A stretch of DNA of 64,000 nucleotides from a virus, in the IMG/VR virus record IMGVR_UViG_3300025168_000053, positions 1-64,000 of that record; one strand, 5' to 3'. Below, one piece after another: positions 30,201-40,791 of this stretch (position 1 is its first letter; each line of letters begins with the position of its first letter). The translations under genes were made by a program, and so were the position numbers. Under the pieces are notes generated by a model. It was not told where the DNA came from. It did no database searches and saw nothing but the letters and a program-made list of their open reading frames with translations.

Positions 30201-32143
30201 CTATTGGTGCTGATGGAGAAACATACGCCCCAATAACGACATTTACTGGGGCGGTTCACGGACCAATTACCCACCCCCATGATGCTTTGAATACGCAAAG
30301 AACTTACAATGGCATTGGGCAAAGAATGACAGTCACGACTAAGGCAACGAGTTCGACACTTAGCGCACCCTATTCATGGGATGCTGGAAATAATCGAATG
30401 AGTTATGTGGTTGTTGATGGGAAGGCTGCGGATTACAGAATGAGGGCGAATGGAACTGGCAAAGGAGGCATTGTGAGAATCAATGGTCGGTATGCAACCT
30501 TTGACGATTTAAGAGTAAATTATGACTCAACCGTTTATAATCATGATGAGATGTATTTTATCAACGTCACACCATTGATTGAACCTGATAAGTTTGAAGA
30601 CAGTTTCAAGAACTCAGGAGGAACAAATGTGACAGGTCTTGAGGTTGAAATTGTATATCCCTTGATGGATTCGGAAGGAATCATTTTCTTTGGTGGAGGG
30701 CATACTGGCCTTACATTCGACATAAGCGATGGATCGAAAAACGATTATTCCAATTTTTACAAACACCCGCTTGCCAACGGACCAACTGGTTTTTCTGGTT
30801 TCCAAAATCTCGGCAGATTCAGCCAAGCCCATGCTGTATTGGATTTTACCGATATTGTCAATGAAGATACAATCAATGACGATACGCTTAGAGGGCTACA
30901 TCATAAAACCATATTTAATTCAAACAATGAGCCAGAAGGAAAGTGTGCTTTCTATTGTCGTGTCGCTAATGGCGTTCATATTGGAGAGGATGTGTTTTAC
31001 AATCCCTCCGCTTCTGGATCCGCAGCAGCGACCTACAATATGCACACTTCAAACGGAGTTCAACCAGGAATGAGAGAGGAACTTTACAATCGAAAGGTAA
31101 GACTCTCAGGTGACTTTGTTAATGATCTTGCAGGTCCAACGAATGGAACAGAAGTCACTCCAACGGGGGCATCTTTAGACATTAAAGAGTTCATGTTCGG
31201 CCATTCAATTGCTCTTTTCAACAATAACGGTGGAACAATCGAACATGAACATGGAGAAGTCAAAGATTTTGTTGTAGCAGGGAATACGGATTGGTGCGTG
31301 TCATGTGTTGTTAAACAAGGGTCGCATCAGCCATATTATCCAACTGGTCCAATTTGGCATGGAATTACGAATGATGGAACTACGGCTGGAAAGCCGTATG
31401 GATTGCATTTAGGGGCGCAACCAACTACTGCCAGCCCTGGTGCAGCAAACGTATTCCCAATCACTTTTGCGATCTCATATCCAAAGCCAGTTGGGAGTCC
31501 AGTCGCAGTTAGCGTTCTTTGCCCTGCCGCAACGCCATCTGGAACTGTTGAAATCCGAGGTGGCGGTTGGACTTTCATAATGGCTGGAAGAGTCGGAGGT
31601 TTGTCATTTTTGTATTTAGGAAATACTGCGGGGATTACAAATCCATTGTCAGGGGCAAGCGAAGTGGGTATTTTTGATTATTCGGATTTTCTTTTGAATA
31701 CGACAGATAACAATTATCTTGTAGGGATAGGTCCAAACGCAAGATCTTCATTTGATACTCGTTCCAATTCATACGGAGGGGGTGTTCCCGATCACCCTAA
31801 TGTTTCAGCAGGTCAAAACACAATAAGAGATATTGATATGACTTTGATTGGAGGTGCTTTAATTGGTGCGCCTTTCATCCATCACCTTGCGCCAACTACG
31901 ACTCAAGGAGGGCATACACAGCCACCAATTTCAGGCTATTTTACTGAACTTGCCTCCCCTACACAAACCTATGGGGTTGTTGCTGCTCAAGCATTTGGTT
32001 CAGGAACGGCAACTCATGGCACTGGAACAAACCATGCTGGACCAATTCATTTCAACGGATATTTAGGCGAAGTTGCTTTATGGAAGCGCAGTTTGTCATT
32101 TGCTGAGGCGCAAGAATGGTTCAACTCCAGAACCGTGTGGTGA
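27200..32143 (+). CDS. Large tail protein ending in a LamG domain
   Basis: 1647 aa, ends FNGYLGEVALWKRSLS. Confidence 0.78.
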   Translation: MMVDLKESNEDGLAGMSGMTAYNRVDGEFFLHQMPIPEEQVVKQTIQGVVDEFIYSSEEVSLQSILKQNEPVKITENTYIGETKSVYNRTETSYSTDSGGDPFNRIIIQGGAGSYDETLATNLSASVHDEIIAVAVDDIRPFLIKGLDTDYTGEIKNDKPTNDGYIKHLTPTDRTVIASIKSPAILTSAGGPSRILVYYDAIDLTGEVVAGTGLTPSQVNPRIRPYHVQSNKPYLVVKKTVPSGSTLFNIAGTYRSLSDILLKPYTSAPGTASDVQLEVIAAGGIVEIPTQDFKRPIKSHLLKAHGFDGSFPSPFINIENCVLTIKDGLSGYGRPKAIENTNTPDPTANPSHHVMTVSSSVGENLTAYTGTTQTPSSFARSSLQVFNILDNEITQNQHFILVAPANPNRYAGLEDFLSASESVNPPLITIEIALLNGRAEEFNTLIGNEGASLEIRGRSNLMDVTDSEIKRNLNLGETTPLKEIGDLGTPTVSMTLGGVGQGGVDVKTQRTEHDSLKGWKDKIVSSGNVSVRNDKQTSTDYASTRALVELPIFPTMFFDKKGLYEEIDGITTGVHARGKEFKIGIDCTMTAMNRVQMQTYEARNAVDWGAVGGATITYNDRTALSKTDTPYSFGLKAIHPKIQAVIASIGTPGAAIDYITVDSVDAFVNDTLQGVGGINRNTSSGELGQKFYVLVGQGEVSATSTYDLSYATYFHMRVWKIDTSNNRLYIDKAFLRHPRADITQNLTSSSPAASALLRVGMSVQMGGVIVNNLASHNAEMAVDWGNANIPAAAIQTAIQECVGMSSSICSFQGTTHELGMGCLEWDVFNEWGHDNNRQLKEPIEVKSVSNGLAGIKSDGTGLTSVQVQHINFRHIALKSASFEEAVNNLIRKINMAGHPDAIEIGIFDANDADLTPGSAYTSHMGYVRAFLGDAVESRDGEDGVSIVIHSTVPGASGRNFAVTLSNDSYYPYRPIQAFGHGGLLATNSRSYQLNSFPAPMPIGADGETYAPITTFTGAVHGPITHPHDALNTQRTYNGIGQRMTVTTKATSSTLSAPYSWDAGNNRMSYVVVDGKAADYRMRANGTGKGGIVRINGRYATFDDLRVNYDSTVYNHDEMYFINVTPLIEPDKFEDSFKNSGGTNVTGLEVEIVYPLMDSEGIIFFGGGHTGLTFDISDGSKNDYSNFYKHPLANGPTGFSGFQNLGRFSQAHAVLDFTDIVNEDTINDDTLRGLHHKTIFNSNNEPEGKCAFYCRVANGVHIGEDVFYNPSASGSAAATYNMHTSNGVQPGMREELYNRKVRLSGDFVNDLAGPTNGTEVTPTGASLDIKEFMFGHSIALFNNNGGTIEHEHGEVKDFVVAGNTDWCVSCVVKQGSHQPYYPTGPIWHGITNDGTTAGKPYGLHLGAQPTTASPGAANVFPITFAISYPKPVGSPVAVSVLCPAATPSGTVEIRGGGWTFIMAGRVGGLSFLYLGNTAGITNPLSGASEVGIFDYSDFLLNTTDNNYLVGIGPNARSSFDTRSNSYGGGVPDHPNVSAGQNTIRDIDMTLIGGALIGAPFIHHLAPTTTQGGHTQPPISGYFTELASPTQTYGVVAAQAFGSGTATHGTGTNHAGPIHFNGYLGEVALWKRSLSFAEAQEWFNSRTVW

Positions 32144-32149
32144 TGATTT

Positions 32150-35100
32150 ATGGCTGAAACCTTTTCACGTGTTCTTGAACCCGCTAAGAATGAATCTTGG
32201 GGAAGCACAAGCACTGGAAAATACCCGTCTGGCGTATTTGCGATACACCTTACTTACCCCGATACTGGATATTTAGACAGCGTGACAAATTGGGTATCTG
32301 GAACTAATACAGGGAGTTGGAAACAAGGACTTACAGTGCTTGTAAAAACACCATTAGCCGCCACAGGTTCAACAATAGCGGAAGCATCCAATGGAAACGT
32401 TATCGCTGTTGATTTGAAAGCGGCGGCTACGGCGGCTCTCACTGGTGATGGGAGTTGGGATTTAGGATCGGAAAATGCAACCCGTATGATTGCCGCTAAA
32501 ATCAATTCAAGACGAATAAAAATGATTGGCGGTCATAGTCGGACAAAATACTTGAAAGCAACTTATGTTCGTCAATCTTTGCCTCATAAATACCAAGTTT
32601 TGAGCGCAAGGGCTGGTGCTGGTTCAGCAAACGTTATCAATTTAGAATTGGCAACGTGTAGTCGAAGTGGATTCCCAACTGAATTGAAAAACGATTTTAT
32701 TTTACGGGTTGAAAATGCAAGCAGCACGAAAAATGTCACTAACGGTGATTATCAAAATCCCGCTTTGAGGTGGCTACGATCTCCCGATGGAGGGGCGTTT
32801 AATGCGGTTGTTGAAGCAACTATTGGTTCTTCAAATATCAATGGATCTCCAACAGGCGGGTTAGCACTTGCAGGTGATGTCTTAAACAACGATTTCACAC
32901 TTATTGGCGAATCTCCAAAACATACAATTGTCCTTTCATGGCTTCATAAAGGTCCAACAGATGGGGATTATTGGGGTGAGCAAAACGGAGGTCCATTTAT
33001 TCAAGGAATGGGGGCAATCGGAGTTCATCGTTTAGTCGCAAAACCGATGGATGGCGGGAATAGAGGAATACCTGCTGTTAATTATTCTTCATCAAATGGT
33101 AAGGCGGCAACAGCGCATACTACGGGAGAAGGATTCAACCGTTTTTCAATTGAAGGTCTTAACTCATGCAATATGCCTGATATGCCCCCCCCTGATTTTC
33201 ATTCTATATACCCTACAATTCGAGGTATCACGACAGTTCATCCAAATGCAAAGACGGATGCGGTGACAAATAACAGATTGAGAATACAGCCATTGGAATA
33301 TGGAACTGAGTTCCCGATAATGGGAACCGCAGGTGGTCAAGGGATTGGCGTTGAAACAGGCTATAACCACGCATTTTCTGGAACGGATGCTCAAGCCTAT
33401 GTTCCGACAGGTTCTAATGGCATTCACATCAAAAATATATCCGTTTCAAATACCAATTATATTGCGTCAATCTCAAGTTCATTATTCTCGGATTCGGGCT
33501 ATGCACGTGAGATAATGACGACTATGACCGTGAATGATGAAAAGGTCATTGGTTTTCAAATCAGCAATGAAGAACGTGTTTTTGAGGACATCGAAGTTAT
33601 TGATGATTTAGGGAATACAATGACCCTTAATGGTGGCTCACCCTTTGGAACTGTTATTCGAGATTACAAAATAACAAATGAAAGAGAAGATAAATCAACT
33701 GGCAACCTATTTTTAGGTCCATCAAACCCTGGTGGTGAAGTTGAACCGAACTTGCGAATCCAACTCCCAAAGCAAGAAGATATTCCTGGTGGCATATTTG
33801 TCCGAAGCGGTCATGATCGTGTGCAAGCATGGTCGAATCAATCATGGGGCATGGGTGGCCTTTCAGCACCAAATCCGCAAGTGGCAGGTATTCTTGAAGC
33901 AGATGGAAAACCTTCTCAGTATGACACCCATGACCGTTCTTTGATTTTTCATTGTCAGCGAATTATCGGAGATCACATTGAAGACATATTCGGATTATCA
34001 GCGAATCAAGAAAATGGCGGTGCATCATCAGGAGAAACCCGCATCTTTTCAGCACATCGGGCATCTGATCATGTGGAAAGAGGAAGCCTTCTAAGACAGA
34101 CAAATAATGGAGTCGAAACAGGCAATTTATTCCCCCATCACAGAATAAGATTTGGAAGACAGGGGCATTCTTTTGTCATGCCTTTTTGTCATCGTGGAAC
34201 TCCTATGTCGTTAAGGCGACAATTGCACCGATCTCACGGCTCGGCTTATTCTCTAATGTTTGAAGGTGAAAGCGAGTATAAGCATCATGGATTTGGAAAT
34301 GGTGCGGCAACAAATACCTCATCTGTATTCCAACTTGACACCATAGACGTAAAGAACTCAGGGAGTTTATACGATACTGGGTCTTTTGCATCCGATGGAT
34401 TACCTCTTGATGAAATCAAAGGAAAAAGACATTTTGATGCCGACGTGAAATACACCTCAGCGACCCATAGAAGTGTTGCTGATTTCTTATTCGCACCAGG
34501 TCAAAAACACACCAATGTTGAAGGAACTCCTGAGTTTGTATCGTTTGCTGAAAGCGGCATTGATGGTTCAATTCCAACTGGTTCAGCAACTAAATTAAAT
34601 CTTCAAGGAAGCACTTTTTCTGTAAGAAACAGGCATAATACAGCCAGTGAAGTTATGGTAAATGGATTTTTTATCAACAATTATATTGGCATGGGAGGAA
34701 GACCTGAGCCAATTAAGATAATGGCGCAAGATTCTCAAAACAACTTCTTTGTTAGAGGCCACCATGAAGGAATCATTATACCACGTGTAGCGACTGAATT
34801 AGCCACTGTTCCTCCACTATTGGTTCACGATCCAGAAAGGATGAATGCAAGTCGAGATGACGGCCAACGTGATTTTGGTTTAATCAAAGGAAGTGAAACC
34901 ATTTCAGGTGGAACACCAGACGCATTCCTTTGTCATTGGTTGGCTGAGTATAGCCATCCGATTTATTTTGGAACTACAAGAGAGCATTACATGACATTCC
35001 GTTATCGTGAATCGGGTATGCCACGTGCCGTTAGTTATCCATCTGTAAATGGATTGCTTTTACGCAATCATTCTAATTCAACAACTGAGGGGCAACCTGA

Positions 35101-38100
35101 AAAGGCTTTGCCATTTGAAAGAATGTATGTTGCTCAATGGCTACAAAATTATGGCTACAATGCCCTAAATGCAGGGGGTCATGGGAACGTTGAAGGCTTG
35201 AGAGCGTGGAATGCTGTCATGATGGGGCATACAACAATTCGAGAAGCAAATGGAACTATTCAACTGTATAATCAAAATGGAACTAAACGCCTTTCACGTG
35301 GAGAAGGTATTGGAGATTCTTTGAATCCGAGCAGAATACGTGTCGTAAAAGGTATTGACTTAGATGGTGATTCGGAGGACTTAAACCGCTTATTCTATGT
35401 TCCAGAACCTTATGTTGGAATTGATATTAGCCGAAGATTGCCTGTTAGAGCATGGGGAATAAGAGGTGCAACAAATCCTATCACTATTTTAGGCGGCGAT
35501 CCTACGGAAAATCAAAACACGTATGCAAATCATCTCCCTGTGAGATTCGATGGTGGGCCACAAGACTCACAACAAGAATCGGCTTACCCTATATCGGCGG
35601 TGGATGTTTCCTCAATGCCAGTTCCAAGTGGAGGTTCTAATTATGTTGAAAAATCAGTTCCAGTTGGATTTGTTGCTAATGACTTTACGACTGAGGCTCA
35701 CCCCTTTGAAAGAAACATAAGGCAAAGCAATGACCCAATTAGGCAACAAGAAGTTCCAATTGGGATCGGTGCGAGTTTAGGTATTACTCAAAATGGAATG
35801 CTCGCCCCTGATGCGATGGCCGCAGGTGCTTGGGATTATGAATTGAATGATTTGAGGCCAGAAACATTACCCCTTAGCAATCCTGTGTTATGGTTGAAGG
35901 CTGATTCTTTGAACTTAGACGATGGCGCATCTGTCGCTTCATGGACTGATTCATCACCCAATAAATGGGCATTTACTCAAGGAACTGCCTCAGCGCAACC
36001 ATCTTTGGTTAAACGTGATGCTGATTTCAACCTAAAACCTCATGTTCATTTCGACGGGGGAGATAACCTCGCTGTTTCTTTTGATGCAAAATTGAACCCA
36101 AATAACATGACTGTTTTTGTTGTATCAACTGTTGATTCGGACAATAACGCATATCATGGAATCATAGATAATATGAATGGGAATACTGGGTGGCTTCTTT
36201 ACGCCAAGATGAGTGGTTCGGACAATTATTGGCAATGGAGAACTGGAACTGGTTCTGGGCAAACAATAATTTCAGCCGCCGCCGACACCGTAGTTCCAAA
36301 CACACCTTCGATAGTGACATTGAAAATGCAGGGAAGCAACGGGGCAGGTGGGGGAACAACAACTCAAACATTATCTGTTAATGGCAAATCCGAGGCAACA
36401 TCAAGTGCGGTATTTACTAAGAAAACGGCAACAACAAGCACACCAATGCTCGGCAAAGTCGGGTCATTCCAATTAACGGGTCAAATGGCCGAGGTGATTA
36501 TTTATGATCGAGATTTGACTACGGCTGAACAGTATGAAGTTGAAGCATACTTGTCTCGAAAATACGGAGTTTCAATATCAACATCGGCATCATCGTCACA
36601 TACAGGAATACTGCACCCAGTTGATACAATCCCAATCAACAAAGGGAGTGATCCTTTCATTGACCTTGTTCAAAGAAGTGGAAGCCCAAGTTATCCTCAA
36701 CAGGATTCAGCAGGTGCATTCTTGACTCCTGATGATAGAAGATTCGGTCATGGAAGCAACTTTTACCATCTTAGAGGCAACGCTTTACACGCTAACTATC
36801 ACGCCATAAATGAAACAAAAGGGCGTTTTTCATATCCACCAGGCGGAATTGCTGAGGCCGAAATCGCTTCAAATGCAATTTCACGTGTGACTCCAGATTT
36901 AATGGCTGAAATCTCCGATACACGACAGATACAATCTCGAACAGAACCACGCTTAGGATTGGTTATGGAGGTTGAAAGTGAGCGTAAAGAAAATAAGAAC
37001 GTGGATTATGCAGTTGTTGGAACAAGAGCAGTTTCGCTGCATACCGACAAAATGTTGGGTTATCAATTCCCAGTTCTTCCATCGCACGTCATAAATACTT
37101 ACTTCGCAAATAGCGGATTTACGACGAATGGAACAGGTTCAACATCAACGAAACCTGATTTCTCTAAAAAGCCAACATGGAGTCCAGATTCCAATTCGGC
37201 TAAAGGTGATGTGTTGGGGGCATTTTCAAGCGATACGACCAGAAGCGATTTCAAGACTCACGCTTTAGACGCTTGGGCTGTTCGTGGCGTTTCCGATCTT
37301 CCCGCATGGGGCGGAGTATATATTCTCCGAAAAACATACTTGAGGCGTGAAGAAGATAGCGACACTTTGAGAACAGAAGTGGATGGCGGCAATGGAAAGG
37401 CAACTCCTTCTCACCCAACCAGAAGGTATGTTGATTACATTGTAAGACCTGTAAGGCCGTTGAAAATGTTTGGTTTTGCATCCGATGTATTACAAGACGG
37501 TTGGACTCTCGGACCAAGATGTAAGATTTCAACGGCTGGATTTAATCATCAGCCGTTTGCACGTGACAAGCGGTATGGAATCTTTGAAATGAATGCTTTG
37601 AGAGGGGTCAATGGCATCGAACCTATCACCTCCGCAACCTCGGCCTTTACAATGGATTATCCAGATGCAAACGATTACGACGTGACTTGGCATCTCATAC
37701 CTACTGCAAATATGCTTCAACATTTCAAATCCGATGCACACCGATTCGATGATTCAGGAGAGTTTAACTCAAAGATTGAGGCTCGCTATTCACAAGCAAC
37801 TCATACTGGCGGTGGCGAACCAGTCTATCAGTCGGAAACCAAGTATTCAGTTCAAAATGGAATAATGGGAGATCATTCAATACACGCCAAAGAATCAAAA
37901 GCAACACAAGCAAAACAAGCGTTGAGGATTTACCCAAATGTCACCGTAGTTGCTCATAAAGGGGGAAGCGTGTATTCAGTTGATGAAGGATCGGTTCTTC
38001 CAGCAGCAGGTTATCTCCTTGCCCTTGATTTCAAAGGGCTTTTGAAATACACACGTTCTGGAAACGACCTTACTTTTGATTTTAGCGGTTATCTATTGTA

Positions 38101-39685
38101 TAATCAATTGAATGCTGCCGTGAGCGATTACACAGGGTTTGTTTTGTATTATTCGGATGTATCGCACACTTACCATCCCACAGATATGCCAATTCGCACT
38201 ATAAAGGATGTAAGAAGCAACCCTGTTGTTATGCAAGCCGTGTCTCCAACCTTTGTTGATAATGCAGTTGTCGCAATGAAGATACAAACGCAATCATGGT
38301 ATCATTTCGATGAGATAAGAAATACTGTGAGCAAAACCGCTTTGAATTATCGTGGTCTTATGCACTATGAACCCAGTGATTTCTTTATGGTTTCACAACA
38401 AGCATTCAACATATTCGATGGCAAGGATCGTGGCGTTATTGAGCATTTGAATGGTTCAAAGGATATTTATGTTGATGGAACTAAATTGTCGCCATCTTAC
38501 TTCCCCCCTTATTTGATTGATTCAAACAACATCAAATGGCGTGTTGCTGAGATTACCCAAGTGCAGAAAAATACCCTCATGAACTTCAAGGGTATGTCTA
38601 AGAAAAGTTTGAGCGAATCAGGAATGGCCGTTGGAGGGGTCTTATCGGGGCAATTGGGCTATATTGGCATTAGAACCACAGATGCCGCTTTGCACCTCTT
38701 GAATGACGCAGGGGGCAATAAATCGGGCGTATCAATCACGCCAACAGATGAGTTCCATAAAAACACAAGAGATGTTGAAAATTATTTGGGCGCACATCCT
38801 ATGATTAGGCAAATCAATGATCACAGCACACGCTACGTTGCACGTGATACGAGAGGACTGAACACAATGGAGGTTATGAGAAACCTTTCACAACTTGATG
38901 GTCGGCAAATAATGAGCGAAAAGAACGGAACCATACTCTTCTCAAATGATGTATTCAAAGAAAGAGGCTTGCGTATTGGAAGCGATAACGGTTCCGATCT
39001 CATTGAAGTCAGCAAGTTATTTGATTCGCCAAATGAAATCGTCATTGTTGGTGACGTTATCGCAGGGAATGAAATTGTATTCATTCGAGTTCATGATACC
39101 GAGAAAATCCGAGAAGCCGCCGCAAGCGGGGCTGAGGGTGTAGTCAAGACGCTTCGACAAAGCATACCTGGAATCAAGAGCGTTGCAGCCGCAAGAAAGT
39201 TGGCTAAAACCCTCTTAGCAAGGGCTGAAAACGGTGCGCCGATGATTAACATAAAAGGATTGATGAACGCCACTTCTATTGTTGCTGGCGACATCATAGA
39301 TGTCAATTTACCAAATCAAGGGGTCGTTGGAAAGTTCGCTGTGTTTGAAGCAAAACATAAGTTCCAATCACTACGTTCCGATTTGGTGATCGGCCAGTAT
39401 GAAAAAGGAATTGAAGGTCTGTTATCCGATGTCAAGACAGATACGATTGACATAAGCGGTTTGAGCGAAAGCGTAGGTGATAAGGACATCACAGATAACC
39501 TCACTATGTCGGCATCAGTCAATGTCGTTTCAGTTCACAGAATCCGTGTTCGCAACGTCAATGAAACAGGTTTCATCATCGGTGCAAAACACAAAAACGG
39601 ACTTGGGAAGATAGGTGTTAGGGATGATAATAAAAGAGCGTTCCCTATCGGCATGAGTAAGAGTCGCAACTTCGTGGTGAAATGA
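32150..39685 (+). CDS. Giant tail/hub protein with internal LamG domain
   Basis: 2511 aa. WLKADSL...GQMAEVIIYDRDLT LamG domain and a hub-like C-terminus. Confidence 0.8.
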   Translation: MAETFSRVLEPAKNESWGSTSTGKYPSGVFAIHLTYPDTGYLDSVTNWVSGTNTGSWKQGLTVLVKTPLAATGSTIAEASNGNVIAVDLKAAATAALTGDGSWDLGSENATRMIAAKINSRRIKMIGGHSRTKYLKATYVRQSLPHKYQVLSARAGAGSANVINLELATCSRSGFPTELKNDFILRVENASSTKNVTNGDYQNPALRWLRSPDGGAFNAVVEATIGSSNINGSPTGGLALAGDVLNNDFTLIGESPKHTIVLSWLHKGPTDGDYWGEQNGGPFIQGMGAIGVHRLVAKPMDGGNRGIPAVNYSSSNGKAATAHTTGEGFNRFSIEGLNSCNMPDMPPPDFHSIYPTIRGITTVHPNAKTDAVTNNRLRIQPLEYGTEFPIMGTAGGQGIGVETGYNHAFSGTDAQAYVPTGSNGIHIKNISVSNTNYIASISSSLFSDSGYAREIMTTMTVNDEKVIGFQISNEERVFEDIEVIDDLGNTMTLNGGSPFGTVIRDYKITNEREDKSTGNLFLGPSNPGGEVEPNLRIQLPKQEDIPGGIFVRSGHDRVQAWSNQSWGMGGLSAPNPQVAGILEADGKPSQYDTHDRSLIFHCQRIIGDHIEDIFGLSANQENGGASSGETRIFSAHRASDHVERGSLLRQTNNGVETGNLFPHHRIRFGRQGHSFVMPFCHRGTPMSLRRQLHRSHGSAYSLMFEGESEYKHHGFGNGAATNTSSVFQLDTIDVKNSGSLYDTGSFASDGLPLDEIKGKRHFDADVKYTSATHRSVADFLFAPGQKHTNVEGTPEFVSFAESGIDGSIPTGSATKLNLQGSTFSVRNRHNTASEVMVNGFFINNYIGMGGRPEPIKIMAQDSQNNFFVRGHHEGIIIPRVATELATVPPLLVHDPERMNASRDDGQRDFGLIKGSETISGGTPDAFLCHWLAEYSHPIYFGTTREHYMTFRYRESGMPRAVSYPSVNGLLLRNHSNSTTEGQPEKALPFERMYVAQWLQNYGYNALNAGGHGNVEGLRAWNAVMMGHTTIREANGTIQLYNQNGTKRLSRGEGIGDSLNPSRIRVVKGIDLDGDSEDLNRLFYVPEPYVGIDISRRLPVRAWGIRGATNPITILGGDPTENQNTYANHLPVRFDGGPQDSQQESAYPISAVDVSSMPVPSGGSNYVEKSVPVGFVANDFTTEAHPFERNIRQSNDPIRQQEVPIGIGASLGITQNGMLAPDAMAAGAWDYELNDLRPETLPLSNPVLWLKADSLNLDDGASVASWTDSSPNKWAFTQGTASAQPSLVKRDADFNLKPHVHFDGGDNLAVSFDAKLNPNNMTVFVVSTVDSDNNAYHGIIDNMNGNTGWLLYAKMSGSDNYWQWRTGTGSGQTIISAAADTVVPNTPSIVTLKMQGSNGAGGGTTTQTLSVNGKSEATSSAVFTKKTATTSTPMLGKVGSFQLTGQMAEVIIYDRDLTTAEQYEVEAYLSRKYGVSISTSASSSHTGILHPVDTIPINKGSDPFIDLVQRSGSPSYPQQDSAGAFLTPDDRRFGHGSNFYHLRGNALHANYHAINETKGRFSYPPGGIAEAEIASNAISRVTPDLMAEISDTRQIQSRTEPRLGLVMEVESERKENKNVDYAVVGTRAVSLHTDKMLGYQFPVLPSHVINTYFANSGFTTNGTGSTSTKPDFSKKPTWSPDSNSAKGDVLGAFSSDTTRSDFKTHALDAWAVRGVSDLPAWGGVYILRKTYLRREEDSDTLRTEVDGGNGKATPSHPTRRYVDYIVRPVRPLKMFGFASDVLQDGWTLGPRCKISTAGFNHQPFARDKRYGIFEMNALRGVNGIEPITSATSAFTMDYPDANDYDVTWHLIPTANMLQHFKSDAHRFDDSGEFNSKIEARYSQATHTGGGEPVYQSETKYSVQNGIMGDHSIHAKESKATQAKQALRIYPNVTVVAHKGGSVYSVDEGSVLPAAGYLLALDFKGLLKYTRSGNDLTFDFSGYLLYNQLNAAVSDYTGFVLYYSDVSHTYHPTDMPIRTIKDVRSNPVVMQAVSPTFVDNAVVAMKIQTQSWYHFDEIRNTVSKTALNYRGLMHYEPSDFFMVSQQAFNIFDGKDRGVIEHLNGSKDIYVDGTKLSPSYFPPYLIDSNNIKWRVAEITQVQKNTLMNFKGMSKKSLSESGMAVGGVLSGQLGYIGIRTTDAALHLLNDAGGNKSGVSITPTDEFHKNTRDVENYLGAHPMIRQINDHSTRYVARDTRGLNTMEVMRNLSQLDGRQIMSEKNGTILFSNDVFKERGLRIGSDNGSDLIEVSKLFDSPNEIVIVGDVIAGNEIVFIRVHDTEKIREAAASGAEGVVKTLRQSIPGIKSVAAARKLAKTLLARAENGAPMINIKGLMNATSIVAGDIIDVNLPNQGVVGKFAVFEAKHKFQSLRSDLVIGQYEKGIEGLLSDVKTDTIDISGLSESVGDKDITDNLTMSASVNVVSVHRIRVRNVNETGFIIGAKHKNGLGKIGVRDDNKRAFPIGMSKSRNFVVK

Positions 39686-39686
39686 T

Positions 39687-40184
39687 ATGGGCGCATTTGA
39701 ACAAACATGGGCGTTTATCAAGTTTGATGATGAATCACCAACGCCTTATTTGAGCAATTCTTGTAAGCGTTGCGAAGAACAATACCCGTTAATGCACGAC
39801 CCCGACATACCCCCTTCAAGTCCCGACTTTCCAATACATGAACATCTCGCAACTTCTATGTGTAAAAAATGTCGCCACGATAAATTATCGGAATTAAAAT
39901 GGACTCACGAAAACCACCCCGCACCAGACGTTATTGGCCTTGATGATCGACGAATGCTTAATCACCTTGTTGATATTGGGAAATTAAAGGATGGGCAAGA
40001 GTCCACACAGAATGAGTTGGACTTTTTGAACACCCCTTGTATGATGAGTCAAACACGGTATGAAAATGACAGGGAAGATTCTTCGAGAGCATGGATGAAA
40101 CCTTTGCCCCCATGCACTTGCGGAGGATGCCCACCTCTAAGGTGGTATGAACGAATGCAGGGAATACCAGAAGGGATGGAATGA
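39687..40184 (+). CDS. Cys-rich accessory protein with N-terminal FEQTWAFIK tag
   Basis: GGTGA SD, CxxC pairs, tag at residues 4-12. Confidence 0.75.
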   Translation: MGAFEQTWAFIKFDDESPTPYLSNSCKRCEEQYPLMHDPDIPPSSPDFPIHEHLATSMCKKCRHDKLSELKWTHENHPAPDVIGLDDRRMLNHLVDIGKLKDGQESTQNELDFLNTPCMMSQTRYENDREDSSRAWMKPLPPCTCGGCPPLRWYERMQGIPEGME

Positions 40185-40185
40185 A

Positions 40186-40791
40186 ATGAGCGATGGGAAC
40201 TGTTATCAATGCGCTTTTCAAGCACTTATGACTGGAAATCCTGATTGGAAAAACCCACGTTTGATTCATAGCGACATAACGCATTCCAAAACAGGTGAAC
40301 CATATTCTCATGCCTATGTTGCTTATGATAAGGAACTTGAGTTTCCTGAACCGATGCCCGAAGAATGGGGTGGGAACATTCCAACAATGCAATTTGTTCA
40401 CGACCAATCCAATTCATTCAAAGGATCAGGCGATATACCACGTATGTTTTATGAAATGAATGCAAAGCCAATACGTGATACAATGCGTGAATACACGCTG
40501 GAACAAATGATGGAACAGGCAATGAAGCATTCACATTACGGACCCTGGCCTAATGAAGAAGCATTTGGAAAATCATGGGATTTGATGAAATCAGGGGTCA
40601 AACGCCTCAATACCAATAAGAAAGTTCCTATGCCCTGCCCTGAATGTAGGGGTCCGATGGAACATCAAGATGGTTATGTTGGTTCAAGTGGCCGTTATGT
40701 TGAACCTGCCTATATGTGCATGGACCCCAAAACAAGTTATTGCGAAGCAAGAAGGCATGATGTGAAAAGTTCATTGAAGGAGATGAAATAA
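40186..40791 (+). CDS. Two-module protein: putative Cys-His-Asp (transglutaminase/papain-like) domain, then tag, then Zn ribbon
   Basis: GNCY...HAYV...HDQS, FGKSWDLMKS, CPEC...C...C. Confidence 0.65.
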   Translation: MSDGNCYQCAFQALMTGNPDWKNPRLIHSDITHSKTGEPYSHAYVAYDKELEFPEPMPEEWGGNIPTMQFVHDQSNSFKGSGDIPRMFYEMNAKPIRDTMREYTLEQMMEQAMKHSHYGPWPNEEAFGKSWDLMKSGVKRLNTNKKVPMPCPECRGPMEHQDGYVGSSGRYVEPAYMCMDPKTSYCEARRHDVKSSLKEMK

